A stretch of DNA of 64,000 nucleotides, taken from positions 3,841 to 67,840 of the forward strand of contig CALBZA010000026.1 in the NCBI GenBank assembly GCA_937890005.1, given 5' to 3'. The position numbers and the translations under genes are program-made. The stretch is from an uncultured Verrucomicrobia subdivision 3 bacterium. GTDB taxonomy: Bacteria > Verrucomicrobiota > Verrucomicrobiia > Limisphaerales > DASXHY01. Shown here piece after piece: positions 35,820 to 46,668 of the stretch; the stretch's first letter is position 1; each line of letters starts with the position of its first letter. The notes under the pieces were generated by a model. The model was given only the letters and a program-made list of their open reading frames with translations. It did no database searches and was not told the origin of the DNA.

Positions 35820-37241
35820 ATGAACAGGCTGGGATATTTCATCGCCGCGACTGCGCTTTCATTCTCGATCTCGCAGCGCACCATCGCGGCTGCACCTGAG
35901 GGCTCGCACACTTTCCAAACGCCGCCGCCCGTCACGAACGCGACCTGGCTTTCACGACCGCTCTCACTCGCCGACGCGCTCAACACAACGCTCGCGCGCA
36001 ATGCCACAATCTCCAAAGCCAAGAGCGATCTCGAAGCGACTCACGGATTGATCGTCCAAACCCGTGCGGCGGCGATCCCCAAAATCCGGGCCAGCGGTTC
36101 ATTCACAAAGAATGATCCCGATCTCGTTGATCAATTCCCATTCAGCGGTGGCGACACCAATTCCTCCGGCTCCGTCGATCAGGCCGATGCCAACTGGAAC
36201 ACAGGCATCCGCATCATCCAGTCCATTTACGAAGGCGGACGCGTCCGATCCGCGCTCCGCGCCGCGCGTCTCACCCGGCAACAGGCGCTTCTCAACTATC
36301 AAACAACCGTTGCCGACACGCTGCTCGCAACCCGTGTCGCCTATTACGACGTTCTTCTGGCCGAACAACAAATCGTCGTGAACGAAGCTTCAGTGAACCT
36401 GCTCACACGCGAACTTGAAGATCAACGCCGGCGCTATGAAGCCGGCACGGTTCCGCGTTTCAACGTCCTTCGCGCCGAAGTCGCCGTTGCCAACCAGCGC
36501 CCTGCCCTCATCCGCGCCCGCAACGCGCATCGCATTGCCAAGAACAACCTGGCGAACCTGCTCGGATATGATCTCCCGCGCGAAGTCTGGGAGGACATTC
36601 CATTGAATCTCACGGATCGACTCGACGCCGCTCCATTTGAAATTGCCCTGCCCGATGCCATTCAACAGGCGCTTGAAAAGCGCACCGAACTGGGCGCGTT
36701 GCAAAAGGCTGAGCAGCTGCAGCAGGAGAACATCGTTCAGGCGCGTTCCGGCTATAAACCCAGCATCCAGGCGTTTGCCGGATACAGCTGGCACAATTAT
36801 CAGTTCACCAAGGATCTCAGCCGCGAACTCAACGGCTGGAACCTCGGCGCGGAATTGAACTGGAACATCTTCGATGGATTCGAAACCCGCGGCCGCGTGA
36901 TCCAGGCCCGCGCCCAGCACGAACGCGCAAAAACGGAAATCGAAGACGCCGCGCGGCGCATCGAACTGGAAGTCCGCACCGCTTACTCGTCATTCGTCGA
37001 AGCACGCGAAGTGCTGGAGTCGCAAACCAAGGTTCAGGAGGAAGCTGAGGAAGCCTTGCGCCTCGCCAAAGCCCGCACGGATGCAGGCGCGGCGACGCAG
37101 CTCGACATCCTCAATGCCGAAACCGCTCTCACCCAGGCCCGCACAACTCAGATCGAGGCGCTGCACAATTATGCTGTCGCCCGCGCCCGACTTGAACGCG
37201 CGATTGGACAGAACATTGTTGAGGAAAAGAAGCAGCCTTAA
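35820..37241 (+). CDS. TolC-family outer membrane efflux protein
   Basis: Signal peptide followed by two OEP-type repeats (LSLADALNTTLARNATI..., LPDAIQQALEKRTEL...). Confidence 0.85.
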   Translation: MNRLGYFIAATALSFSISQRTIAAAPEGSHTFQTPPPVTNATWLSRPLSLADALNTTLARNATISKAKSDLEATHGLIVQTRAAAIPKIRASGSFTKNDPDLVDQFPFSGGDTNSSGSVDQADANWNTGIRIIQSIYEGGRVRSALRAARLTRQQALLNYQTTVADTLLATRVAYYDVLLAEQQIVVNEASVNLLTRELEDQRRRYEAGTVPRFNVLRAEVAVANQRPALIRARNAHRIAKNNLANLLGYDLPREVWEDIPLNLTDRLDAAPFEIALPDAIQQALEKRTELGALQKAEQLQQENIVQARSGYKPSIQAFAGYSWHNYQFTKDLSRELNGWNLGAELNWNIFDGFETRGRVIQARAQHERAKTEIEDAARRIELEVRTAYSSFVEAREVLESQTKVQEEAEEALRLAKARTDAGAATQLDILNAETALTQARTTQIEALHNYAVARARLERAIGQNIVEEKKQP

Positions 37242-37414
37242 CCACGCTGCGTAAGCGCGAATCGGCGGTAGTTTTCAACGGACGCTCAACAGTCACAGGC
37301 CATCGCCACAGGAAGAGATTCACGCGTTTTGCGTGAATCTGACGACACTCGACCCGCTGCTTCTACAATATTCCGCGAATTTACAGTGGGCACGGCCGCT
37401 GCTAAAGGAACGGC

Positions 37415-38074
37415 ATGAACTTGCATCCGTTCACAAGGAGGCGGCAGGCATTCACACTCATCGAAGCACTCATCGTCGTGACCGTGCTGCTGTTCCTCGC
37501 GGCATTGCTGTTGCCAGCAATGCTCAGACCCAACACTGGCCGCGTAAAAGCCGTTCGCATCAGCTGCGTCAATAACCTGAAGCAGGTCGGACTCGCGCAA
37601 CTGGTTTGGGCTGGCGACAACCTCGATCGATTTCCCGCTCAAGTGCCCGCAGCAGAAGGCGGCGCGATGGAAGCCACATTGGCTGGCGATCCTCTGTTGA
37701 ACTTCGTTGTGATGTCCAACGAGCTTTCAACGCCCAAAATCCTGTTCTGCCCGAGCGTTCCCACGGTGAATCGCGCGACGAATTTCACCTTCTTCACACG
37801 GAGTAATCTCGGTTATTTCATCTCCGCCGACGCAACCACTACCAACGTTCAAACGATTCTCAGTGGAGACATCAACATCACGAACGGCCTTGCACACCAT
37901 GGCGGTTTGCTTCCGTTGAGCACCAATCATCCGGCCGGCTGGACCTCGGCGCGTCACGATCGCGCCGGCAACATCCTCCTCGCAGACGGAAGCGTGCAGC
38001 AGGTCAGCATCGCAGGCCTGCGCAACAGCATCGAAGCGTCAGAAGTTCGGACGAACCGGATCGTTTTGCCGTGA
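37415..38074 (+). CDS. prepilin-type N-terminal cleavage/methylation protein with an H-X9-DG motif
   Basis: QAFTLIEALIVVTVLLFLAALLLP is a pseudopilin N-terminus. The C-terminal HDRAGNILLADGSV gives H-X9-DG. Confidence 0.85.
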   Translation: MNLHPFTRRRQAFTLIEALIVVTVLLFLAALLLPAMLRPNTGRVKAVRISCVNNLKQVGLAQLVWAGDNLDRFPAQVPAAEGGAMEATLAGDPLLNFVVMSNELSTPKILFCPSVPTVNRATNFTFFTRSNLGYFISADATTTNVQTILSGDINITNGLAHHGGLLPLSTNHPAGWTSARHDRAGNILLADGSVQQVSIAGLRNSIEASEVRTNRIVLP

Positions 38075-38733
38075 CTATGAAGACTGGAATTCAAAGTCGA
38101 TCAACACACCAGACGGCGTTTTCGCTGATCGATCTGTTGATTGTCGTCACAGTGATACTGTTTCTGGCAGCACTGATTCTCCCAATGTTGGCCAAAGCGC
38201 GGGTGCGCAGCTCAAAAATGTCCTGCGTAAATTCTCTCAAACAGGTTTCCATCGCATACAGAATCTGGTCGGGTGACAACGGTGACCGCTTCCCGATGCA
38301 GGTTCCGGCCGTCGAAGGTGGCGGCATGGAAGCCGTTTTGAGCGGTGACGTCGTCGCCGTTTACCGATGCATGTCCAACGAATTGAGCGTGCCCAAGATT
38401 CTGATTTGCCCAAACGATTCGGATCGGGCTTCTGCAACCAATTTCGCTGCGCTCACTGTTTCGAACATCAGTTATTTCGTGGGAGCCGATGCTTCGGAAA
38501 CCAACACATTCAGTCTCCTTGCCGGCGACCGAAACATTACCAACGGCACCCGGATCGTCCGCAACACACTGAACCTGAGCACCAATTTTCCTTCGGGATG
38601 GACACAGGAGATTCACGGACGGATGGGAAATATCGCTCTGGCTGACGGAAGCGTTCTGCAGACGGCATTTTCATCTCTTCAGGGAACGATTGCGTCAACC
38701 GGACTTCAAACCAACCGCATCGTTCTTCCATAG
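38071..38733 (+). CDS. prepilin-type H-X9-DG protein, tandem paralog
   Basis: TAFSLIDLLIVVTVILFLAALILP and HGRMGNIALADGSV. Roughly half the residues are identical to the upstream gene by eye. Both end in TNRIVLP. Confidence 0.85.
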   Translation: MTMKTGIQSRSTHQTAFSLIDLLIVVTVILFLAALILPMLAKARVRSSKMSCVNSLKQVSIAYRIWSGDNGDRFPMQVPAVEGGGMEAVLSGDVVAVYRCMSNELSVPKILICPNDSDRASATNFAALTVSNISYFVGADASETNTFSLLAGDRNITNGTRIVRNTLNLSTNFPSGWTQEIHGRMGNIALADGSVLQTAFSSLQGTIASTGLQTNRIVLP

Positions 38734-38854
38734 AAAGCTTTTTTCAAAATTCTCGTGTGGGTTTGACCCCATAACTCAATTCCGCTGCACCCACCAAGAT
38801 CAGTGGCAGGGTAACCCGGAAATTGTCCGGATTTGCCCGCCTTGGCAAAGACGT

Positions 38855-40126
38855 ATGACTGACGAACCCAACAGGAACGGAACATCCGCAGCCCGGCAGC
38901 CTCTGCGGATTCTTATCGTCGAAGACTCCGAATTCGACGCCATACTGCTGGAACGCGCCCTGATTAAAGGCGGGCTCGCGGCCAAATGTCATCGGGTTCA
39001 TTCCGCAGAGGGCATGATCGCCGCGCTCGATTCCCAGTCCTGGGACGTCATCCTCGCCGACCACTCCATGCCGGCCTTCAGCGCGCCCGAAGCCCTCAAA
39101 CTCGCACAGCAACGCGGACTCGACATCCCGTTCATCATTGTTTCAGGCCATATCGAGGAGGAAACCGCGGTTTCTGCCATGAAAGCCGGCGCGCATGATT
39201 ACATTATGAAAGATCGGCTCGCCCGACTGGTTCCTGCCGTCGAACGCGAATTGCGCGAAGCGGAGATGCGGCGCATTCAGCGCAAGTGCGAGGCCGAACT
39301 GCGCCATGCCCACGACGAACTGGAAATCCGCGTGGAACGCCGCACCGCCGCCCTGCGGGAAGCCAACGTCAAATTGCACGCCGTGCTGGAAGAACGTCGG
39401 CGTCTTGAAACGGAACTGCTCGAAATTGCCGAGAACGAACGCCGTCGAATCGGTTTCGATCTCCACGACGATCTCGGCCAGAAGCTCACCGGCCTGCTAC
39501 TGCTAGCAAAAGCGCACGAACAACGTCTCACCAACGAAAATCATCCCGCTGCTCCGGATGCCGCCCACATCAGCGACTTGATCGACCAGGTGATGCATCA
39601 CACGCACAATCTCGCCCGTCATTTCAGTTCGCTCGACGCCAGCGGTGACGATCTGACCTCCGTGCTCAGGAGCCTGGCGACGAATGTGGAGAAGATGTTT
39701 GGCATTCCGTGCACGATCACATTCAAGGGCGACATCCCGATGCTCCCCGCCAACAGCACAATGCAATTTTACAAGATCGCCCAGGAAGCCATCAGCAATG
39801 CCGTGAAACACGGGAAGGCAACACGCGTCTGGCTTTCCACACACATTTCCGGGGGCAGGCTGATCATGACGGTGAAGAACGACGGCATTCCGTTCAACCT
39901 GCCTGAAGGGAAGAAAAGTCGGATGGGGCTTCGCATCATGAATTACCGGGCAAACACCATCGGCGCCACGTTCGACATCAAACCCAACCAGCGCAACGGA
40001 ACCATATGCACCTGCACGATGCCGTTGCCCCAGTCGGTGTCGGCAAAGGTGGACCATGTCTCCGTGGAACTGTTGGACCCGACCGCGTCACGCGTCATTG
40101 CTCCCGCCCTCGCGCTGAAACCGTAA
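38855..40126 (+). CDS. REC-domain histidine kinase (REC + HisKA_3 + HATPase)
   Basis: LRILIVEDSEFDAILL...VILADHSMPAFSA forms the REC domain. The HisKA_3 H-box is ERRRIGFDLHDDLGQKLTGL. The C-terminal part is ATPase-like. Confidence 0.85.
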   Translation: MTDEPNRNGTSAARQPLRILIVEDSEFDAILLERALIKGGLAAKCHRVHSAEGMIAALDSQSWDVILADHSMPAFSAPEALKLAQQRGLDIPFIIVSGHIEEETAVSAMKAGAHDYIMKDRLARLVPAVERELREAEMRRIQRKCEAELRHAHDELEIRVERRTAALREANVKLHAVLEERRRLETELLEIAENERRRIGFDLHDDLGQKLTGLLLLAKAHEQRLTNENHPAAPDAAHISDLIDQVMHHTHNLARHFSSLDASGDDLTSVLRSLATNVEKMFGIPCTITFKGDIPMLPANSTMQFYKIAQEAISNAVKHGKATRVWLSTHISGGRLIMTVKNDGIPFNLPEGKKSRMGLRIMNYRANTIGATFDIKPNQRNGTICTCTMPLPQSVSAKVDHVSVELLDPTASRVIAPALALKP

Positions 40127-40360
40127 GCGGATTCAGATGCCGACCCACCACGTACCCGTCGGTTGAAAACCTCGAAAGCCGGATTGTCCCAGAACCTTCG
40201 TTCCCTTCGTTTTCTTCTGTAAAATCTAAAAGCCCCAATTCACGCCAGAAGCCGTGCTTGACGGGCAATTCATCGATACCTACCTTTTTCGGCTCGCTGA
40301 ACTGCGAAAACTCCGGTGCATACTCATCGCCTCTGGACTTTCAGCGATTAACGGAAAGGT

Positions 40361-41686
40361 TTGTTTGTGAATGTAACCGTAGAAAATCTGGCCCCGTGCA
40401 AAAAACTCGTGCGGGTGGAAGTCGATGCAAAGCAGGTGGACGACACCTTCGATTCCATTACGAGAGATTTCCAGAAGCAGGCTTCCCTGCCCGGCTTCCG
40501 TCCAGGCAAGGCGCCGCGCGACATGGTGCTGCGCAAATACGAGAAGGACATCGAGGACGAAGCCAAGCGCAAGCTGATCGGCGATTCCTATCGCAAGGCG
40601 ATGGAGGAGCAAAAGCTCCAGGTGATCGGCTATCCCGACATCGAGGAAATCCAGTTCGGCCGCGGACAGTCGCTTCAGTTCGCCGCCACCGTTGAAACCG
40701 CCCCCGAATTCGAATTGCCCGAATACAAGGGCATTCCGGTCAAGCGCGAAGCCCGCACCGTCACCGACGAAGACGTCGAGCGCGCGATCGACACGCTCCG
40801 CCAGCAGCAGGTTGATTTCAAGGTCGTGGAACGCACTGCCCAGACCGGCGACATGGTCGTCGTGAACTACACCGGCACCTGCGATGGCAAACCGATCATC
40901 GAAACCGCCCCGACCGCCAAGGGCCTGACCGAGCAGAAGAATTTCTGGGTTGAGATGCAGCCCAACTCGTTCATCCCGGGATTCGCCGACCAGTTGCTCG
41001 GCTCCAAGGCCGGCGACAAGCGCACGGTGAATGTTGATTTCCCCGCGGATTTCGTCACGCCGCAGCTTCAGAACAAGAAGGGCGTTTACGAAGTCGAAGT
41101 GGTCGAAGTGAAGGAACGGGTTCTTCCGAACCTCGATGATGAGTTCGCCAAATCGTACGGAGCCGAAAGTCTTGAGAAGCTCCGCGAAGGCGTTCGCCGC
41201 GACCTGGAAAACGAATTGAAGTTCACGCTGAACAAGAGCGTCCGCACCCAGCTCATCCGCGCCCTGCTCGACAAGGTGAATTTCGATCTGCCGGAAACCA
41301 CCGTCGCCCAGGAGACGCGCAATGTCGTTTACGAAATCGTGAACGAAAATCAGAAGCGCGGCATCAGCCGGGAAGTCATCGAACAGCAGAAGGACGAAAT
41401 CTACAACAACGCCGCAACCGGCGCGAAGGAACGCGTCAAAGCGCAGTTCCTCATGCAGAAGATCGCTGAAAAGGAAAAGATCACCGTCTCGCAGGAGGAA
41501 GTGATCCGCCGCATCAGCCAGCTGTCGCAGATGTATCAGATTCCTCCGGAAAAGTTCGTGAAGGATCTGCAGAAGCGAAATGGCGTCGGCGAAATCTACG
41601 ATCAGATCGCCCGTGAAAAGGTGATGGATCTGCTCCAGGAACACGCAAAGATCGAGGAAGTGCCCGCGGCAGCTCCGCAGGCGTAA
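40361..41686 (+). CDS. tig: trigger factor
   Basis: NVTVENLAPCKKLVRVEV..., the LPGFRPGKAP signature, and an FKBP-like middle domain. The start is TTG 40361 or GTG 40367. Confidence 0.9.
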   Translation: MFVNVTVENLAPCKKLVRVEVDAKQVDDTFDSITRDFQKQASLPGFRPGKAPRDMVLRKYEKDIEDEAKRKLIGDSYRKAMEEQKLQVIGYPDIEEIQFGRGQSLQFAATVETAPEFELPEYKGIPVKREARTVTDEDVERAIDTLRQQQVDFKVVERTAQTGDMVVVNYTGTCDGKPIIETAPTAKGLTEQKNFWVEMQPNSFIPGFADQLLGSKAGDKRTVNVDFPADFVTPQLQNKKGVYEVEVVEVKERVLPNLDDEFAKSYGAESLEKLREGVRRDLENELKFTLNKSVRTQLIRALLDKVNFDLPETTVAQETRNVVYEIVNENQKRGISREVIEQQKDEIYNNAATGAKERVKAQFLMQKIAEKEKITVSQEEVIRRISQLSQMYQIPPEKFVKDLQKRNGVGEIYDQIAREKVMDLLQEHAKIEEVPAAAPQA

Positions 41687-41707
41687 ACTCGTTCAGGATT
41701 TTCCCAC

Positions 41708-41746
41708 GGCCGGACAGTGCAATGCTGTCCGGCCTTTTTGTTTTTT
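41708..41746 (+). terminator. rho-independent terminator (GGCCGGACAG-loop-CTGTCCGGCC-TTTTTGTTTTTT)
   Basis: 10-bp perfect stem plus a T-run after tig. Confidence 0.85.
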
Positions 41747-41920
41747 AGTCGGGCTCCCTTGTGCAGTTTTTTCAATCTCAATTGCCAATCTTCAGGGAGC
41801 ATTCGCAAAAGGCGGCATGCTAGGGTTCGGACCAATCAGCAACGATCCGGCACACCACACTCTCTCACGACAGTGAGGTCGTCGGGTCAGGTTGATCCAA
41901 ATCCAAACCCCATCGACCAC

Positions 41921-44900
41921 ATGATCCAACGAACTCCTTGCGCCGGTTGGAGCCGTCGTTATTCCAGTCTCTTTTTCGGAGCCACTCTGTCGGCAGCGCT
42001 CACATTGGCCCACCCGGCAGCAGCCGCGACCGTCATCTGGAGCGGCGCCAACACCAACGTTTCCTATGATTGGTCCGAGTCCGCCAACTGGGCCGGCGAC
42101 GCATCACCCGGGGTGACTGATGACGTAAAGTTCTTTGATGCCGGAGCTGTCGGCACCGTTTTCAGCCTGAACAACACTGTGGACGCTGTCTTCCCGGGAA
42201 CCATCGCCTCGCTGCAATACGGTCAGACCAACAATCTGCACACCACCTACATTGCCGAAGGAAAAACATTGCTGGTGAACGGTTCGGGTGGAATTCGAAT
42301 CGGCAGCACCGGCGATCCCGGCGTTGTCAAAACGCTTACGAACGTGATCACCGGACCGGGCACGCTGCGCCTGAACAATTCGTCCGCCAGCCTCGTTCTC
42401 AACCAGGGCGGCGCGGCAAACGGACGCGCAATTCTAGATATGTCCGGCCTGAATACATTCGTGATGACCGGCAGTCGCATTGGAATCGGAACAACGCTGC
42501 TCCCGAATCCCGGCAATGCCGCGCAACGGTTGTCCGGCATTCTTTTCCTGGCGCGGACGAACGAAATCTCACTTTCGCAATCAGCTTCCGCCAACACCTA
42601 CGCGACCTCCGCAGGCCAGGCACCTGCCATTGAATTGAGCCACAACCCGGGAAACAACGCCGGCATGCTGAGCGTTCTCTTCCTTGGCCAGAGCAACGCG
42701 TTCTTCATCGACAGCATCTCAGCCGGACGCACCAAAGCTTCTGCCAGCGCTGCGGGCGTCGTGATGTTCAACCCGGCCTTCATCAGCGAAAATCCTGTTG
42801 CCCACTTCCGCGGCATCGGCGGACCGTCCAGTCGCGTCACATGGTGGTCGATCGGTGACATGTGCAACTCCGCCTCCTCGGCGCAGGTTTCGGTCGGAAC
42901 CAACAATTTCACCGGCGGGACCGTGGATGCAATGGTCGATACCCTCTCGCTGGCGCGCGACACCAGCTCCTCGCACAGTGCCACCGCCACCATTTTTGGA
43001 GTGCTGACCTTCAACGCCGGAACCATCAACGCCAACACGATCTTCGCCGGAAATCAAAGCCTCGGTCCGATCGGCAGCATCACACCGCTCTCGGGCATCA
43101 TCAATGTGAACGGCGACGCCACGTTGATCGTGAACAGCAACCTCGTCCTCGGCCACACCACACAGAACAGCGTGGCTGCAACTCAAACAGTGGGAACCGT
43201 CATCGCGACCGGTGGCAGCATTTTCGCCAACCAGATCCGGGTCGGTGCAGCCAGCGCGAACAACAGCATCCGGCTCACAAACGCGACGCTCATCGTCACA
43301 AACACCCTTTCCACGAACGCGAGCGGGCTTGCGACATTCATCGCATCGGATTCCACAATCGGCCTGTCCGTTCAAGCCAACGGCTCGGCATCGGCACTGG
43401 TTCGCACCCTCACCACTGCCGGATCAGCCAATCTCATCCGCCTCGGCTCGACTCCGGTGTTGTTCAATAGCTACCCGCAGCAGATCCCGCTGATCAAATT
43501 CACAACCTGGAACGGTGAGAACAATTTCGCGCTCGACACCCTTCCGGAATGGGCGGTCGGCGCCACACTCGTGAGCAACGGCGCGAACAGTTCACTCGAC
43601 CTTCTGTTCCCAAGCGATCCTCGTCCGGTTATTACAACCCAGCCACTCAACTTCGCAGGCGGTCCCGGCAGCACGGCCTCATTCACGGTCGAAATCGATC
43701 CCAACAGTGTTCAGCCGCTCAGCTTCCAATGGTTCAAAGGAGCAACTCTTCTCAACGATGGTGCTTCCGGCAATGGCTCGACCTATGCCGGCACAACCAC
43801 CGACACGCTGACGATCAACAACGCGCAGGTGGCCGACAGCGGAGATTACTTTGTGATTGTTTCGAATGCCTATGGTTCCGCCACCAATTCGCCCGGCGCA
43901 GTCCTGACAATCAGCGATGGCGAAATCGCTCCTTCCGTCACCGGCCCCGCCAGCCAGACTGTGATTGAAGGAAACGATGCAACATTCTCCGCCTCGGTCT
44001 CGGGTCTTCCAGTCCCGACGTTGAAATGGTACCGCGATGGCGTTGAAATTCCGGGTGCAACAACGTCCACCTACACGCTCACCGATGTGAATTATCTGGC
44101 CGACAACGGCGCTGTGTTCAGCATCGTCGCCAGCAACTCCGCAGGCGTCGTCTCCAACAGCGCAGCCCTGACTGTGATCGTTCCTCCCGCAATTTCCCAG
44201 CAACCAGCCGATCTCATCGTCACCAACTCTCAATCGGCCTCCTTCACAGTCGTTGCTTCCGGCGTTCCAGACCTGTCGTATCAATGGCGGAAGAACGGCA
44301 ACCCGATCCCAAACGCAACGAACGCCACCCTGAGTTTCGCCTCGGCCGCGCCCTCTGACATGGGAGTTTATTCCGTGGTCATCACCAATGCCGCCGGCAC
44401 GCTCACCAGCTCGAATGCGACGCTCACAGTGAATTCGGTGATGTCGGTCGTCTCGGTCAATCCGGCGCTCAATGCAACGGACGTGCGTTATGACACGCCG
44501 CTGAAGATTACCTTCAGCCGACAGCCCGTGCTCAGAAACGCGGGCCGGATTCGCATCTTCGACCTGGCGAATCCATCCACTCCCGTTGACACCATCGACC
44601 TGACCTTGAACAACGGTTCCGGCGCGCAGGCCCACAGCCTTTTCCCCGGCGACGCCCAGAGCTTCAACTACTATCCCGTAATCATCAGCGGAAACACGGC
44701 GACGATTTATCCGCATGGAAACGTGATGACATCGAACAAAACGTATTACGTGACCATCGACAACGGAGTGTTCGCCGACACAACCGGCGCTTACTTCGCC
44801 GGTATCACAAACTCCAGCGACTGGCAGTTCAGCACCAAACCGACCGGTCCGGTTGATCCCCAAAACCCGGTGGTCGCCGCTGATGGAACCGGCGATTTCG

Positions 44901-46588
44901 TGACAGTTCAAGGCGCTGTCGATTCACTGCCGGTGGCTGGTGCCTCCCGTCGTACGATCCACATTCGCAACGGTGACTATTTCGAAATCGTGAACATTTC
45001 TGGCAAGACGAACATCACCCTCCGTGGCGAGAGTCGCACCGGAACAATCATTCGTTACCCGAACAATGCGAACCTTGCGCCCGGCGGCACCACGCACGCG
45101 CGCATGACGTTCAAGGTGAATGCGAATGACATCGCGCTTGAGAACCTCACCATCACCAACAGCACACCCCAGGGCGGCGGCCAGGCGGAGGCGCTGATGA
45201 TCTCCAACGGCCGGCGTTGCATCGTGTTCAACTGCGAACTCTACAGCCGTCAGGACACCATTCTGGCCAATATTTCCGCATCGCAGGCTTACTTCTATCA
45301 GACGAAGATCGTTGGCAACTTCGATTACATCTGGGGCGGTGGAAACCTGTACTTCGAAGATTGCGACATCCAGACCATCTCCGGTGCGAACAACTTCAAC
45401 ATCACCGCAGCCCGCACCGAGACGTCAGGCGCGCTGAGCGCGACAACTCCGTGGATCAATCCCAACGGCATCACCTACTCCGCGAACGGGTTCTCCTTCG
45501 TCCGATGTCGCTTCACCTCCGCCCCGGGTGCGTCTGGAATCACACTGGCCGGAAGCAATGGCACTGCGGGCGGACTTGTTTCATGGGCGTTCTGCAGCTT
45601 CGACAGTGCGACCTACACGACACCGTCCATTGCGCTCTCGAACAACTACGTCTTCTGGCAGCACCAGAACACAACGCTCGCGTCCGCGCCGCTGTCGTTT
45701 GCCAACGTTCAGACGATCGGTGTCACGAACAACGATCCACGTCTTCTCGCGGCCACCAATCTGACCACCTGGTTCTATGGCTGGACGCCAGCGCTGGCGC
45801 CGAACATTCTCACGAATCCCGCAAGCCAGGCCGTCACCGTTGGCGATGAAGCGGTGTTCACCGTCACAGCGACCGGAATTCCGGAGCCGACCTACCAATG
45901 GCTGAAGAATGGAACCAACCTGATTGGCGAAACCGGTTCCACGCTCATCATCCCAAGCGCACAGTCGGATGACGCGGGTGACTATTCGGTCGAAGTCAGC
46001 ACACCGGCCGGTTCCGTTACGAGCGCCACCGCCACCCTGACTGTGAATACCTCCGACAACACCGCGCCGGTGTTCTCCGCTCCGGCTGCGGAAAGCGTGT
46101 TCACCATCAATCCCGGCGTTTCGCTTTCAGTCACCAATGTGGCGAGCGATGCGGATCTGCCGGCACAGACGCTCACCTTCAGCCTCCTTTCGGCCCCGAC
46201 CAATGCAGTGTTGAACTCGGAAGGTGTTCTGACCTGGCGTCCGCTGCTCAGCCAGTCCGACACCACCAACGTCATTACAATCGTTGTCACGGATGACGGT
46301 TCGCCAAACCTGAGCGCGATGAACAGTTATTCGATCGTGGTGAATCCGCTGACGCTGCCGACGCTTGGTTCGATCGCAAGCAGCAGCGGCGCATTCAGTT
46401 TCACAATCGATGGACAGACGGGACCGGATTACGCCGTGCAGGTTTCCACGAACCTGGCGACTGGTGACTGGATCACCATCCTGAGCACGAACTCGCCGGC
46501 GATGCCGTTCGACTTCACGGACATCGATGTCGATGCCGATGCGCCCGTGAAATTCTACCGCGTGCTTGTCGGACCGCCGCTGCCTTGA
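41921..46588 (+). CDS. giant secreted multidomain protein: beta-strand repeats, Ig-like repeats, CE8 pectinesterase-like domain, cadherin-like domain
   Basis: Signal peptide (FFGATLSAALTLAHPAAA). Four Ig-like modules carry the DSGDYF/DMGVYS/DAGDYS motifs. The CE8 motifs are VAADGTGDFVTVQGAV, GQAEAL, SRQDT and GNFDYIWGG. The C-terminal end has a KFYRV motif. Confidence 0.85.
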   Translation: MIQRTPCAGWSRRYSSLFFGATLSAALTLAHPAAAATVIWSGANTNVSYDWSESANWAGDASPGVTDDVKFFDAGAVGTVFSLNNTVDAVFPGTIASLQYGQTNNLHTTYIAEGKTLLVNGSGGIRIGSTGDPGVVKTLTNVITGPGTLRLNNSSASLVLNQGGAANGRAILDMSGLNTFVMTGSRIGIGTTLLPNPGNAAQRLSGILFLARTNEISLSQSASANTYATSAGQAPAIELSHNPGNNAGMLSVLFLGQSNAFFIDSISAGRTKASASAAGVVMFNPAFISENPVAHFRGIGGPSSRVTWWSIGDMCNSASSAQVSVGTNNFTGGTVDAMVDTLSLARDTSSSHSATATIFGVLTFNAGTINANTIFAGNQSLGPIGSITPLSGIINVNGDATLIVNSNLVLGHTTQNSVAATQTVGTVIATGGSIFANQIRVGAASANNSIRLTNATLIVTNTLSTNASGLATFIASDSTIGLSVQANGSASALVRTLTTAGSANLIRLGSTPVLFNSYPQQIPLIKFTTWNGENNFALDTLPEWAVGATLVSNGANSSLDLLFPSDPRPVITTQPLNFAGGPGSTASFTVEIDPNSVQPLSFQWFKGATLLNDGASGNGSTYAGTTTDTLTINNAQVADSGDYFVIVSNAYGSATNSPGAVLTISDGEIAPSVTGPASQTVIEGNDATFSASVSGLPVPTLKWYRDGVEIPGATTSTYTLTDVNYLADNGAVFSIVASNSAGVVSNSAALTVIVPPAISQQPADLIVTNSQSASFTVVASGVPDLSYQWRKNGNPIPNATNATLSFASAAPSDMGVYSVVITNAAGTLTSSNATLTVNSVMSVVSVNPALNATDVRYDTPLKITFSRQPVLRNAGRIRIFDLANPSTPVDTIDLTLNNGSGAQAHSLFPGDAQSFNYYPVIISGNTATIYPHGNVMTSNKTYYVTIDNGVFADTTGAYFAGITNSSDWQFSTKPTGPVDPQNPVVAADGTGDFVTVQGAVDSLPVAGASRRTIHIRNGDYFEIVNISGKTNITLRGESRTGTIIRYPNNANLAPGGTTHARMTFKVNANDIALENLTITNSTPQGGGQAEALMISNGRRCIVFNCELYSRQDTILANISASQAYFYQTKIVGNFDYIWGGGNLYFEDCDIQTISGANNFNITAARTETSGALSATTPWINPNGITYSANGFSFVRCRFTSAPGASGITLAGSNGTAGGLVSWAFCSFDSATYTTPSIALSNNYVFWQHQNTTLASAPLSFANVQTIGVTNNDPRLLAATNLTTWFYGWTPALAPNILTNPASQAVTVGDEAVFTVTATGIPEPTYQWLKNGTNLIGETGSTLIIPSAQSDDAGDYSVEVSTPAGSVTSATATLTVNTSDNTAPVFSAPAAESVFTINPGVSLSVTNVASDADLPAQTLTFSLLSAPTNAVLNSEGVLTWRPLLSQSDTTNVITIVVTDDGSPNLSAMNSYSIVVNPLTLPTLGSIASSSGAFSFTIDGQTGPDYAVQVSTNLATGDWITILSTNSPAMPFDFTDIDVDADAPVKFYRVLVGPPLP

Positions 46589-46608
46589 TTGTTCCGAACC
46601 TTGAATAC

Positions 46609-46648
46609 AAAACCCCGGCTCACGCGATATGAGCCGGGGTTTTTCTTT
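46609..46648. terminator. bidirectional rho-independent terminator (AAAACCCCGGCTCA...TGAGCCGGGGTTTTTCTTT)
   Basis: 14-bp stem between convergent genes, with A/T runs on both sides. Confidence 0.85.
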
Positions 46649-46668
46649 GGCTGAATTCGTTCGAATTC

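Noticed and set aside
40280-41644. 454-aa minus-strand ORF opposite trigger factor
   Set aside because: The plus strand encodes an unambiguous tig gene (GFRPGKAP signature). The antisense product is compositionally biased and has no motifs.
43679-44911. 410-aa minus-strand ORF inside the giant surface protein gene (also 47008..48075, 48976..50013 and 50029..51393 opposite PFOR)
   Set aside because: These are antisense shadows of long, motif-supported genes.
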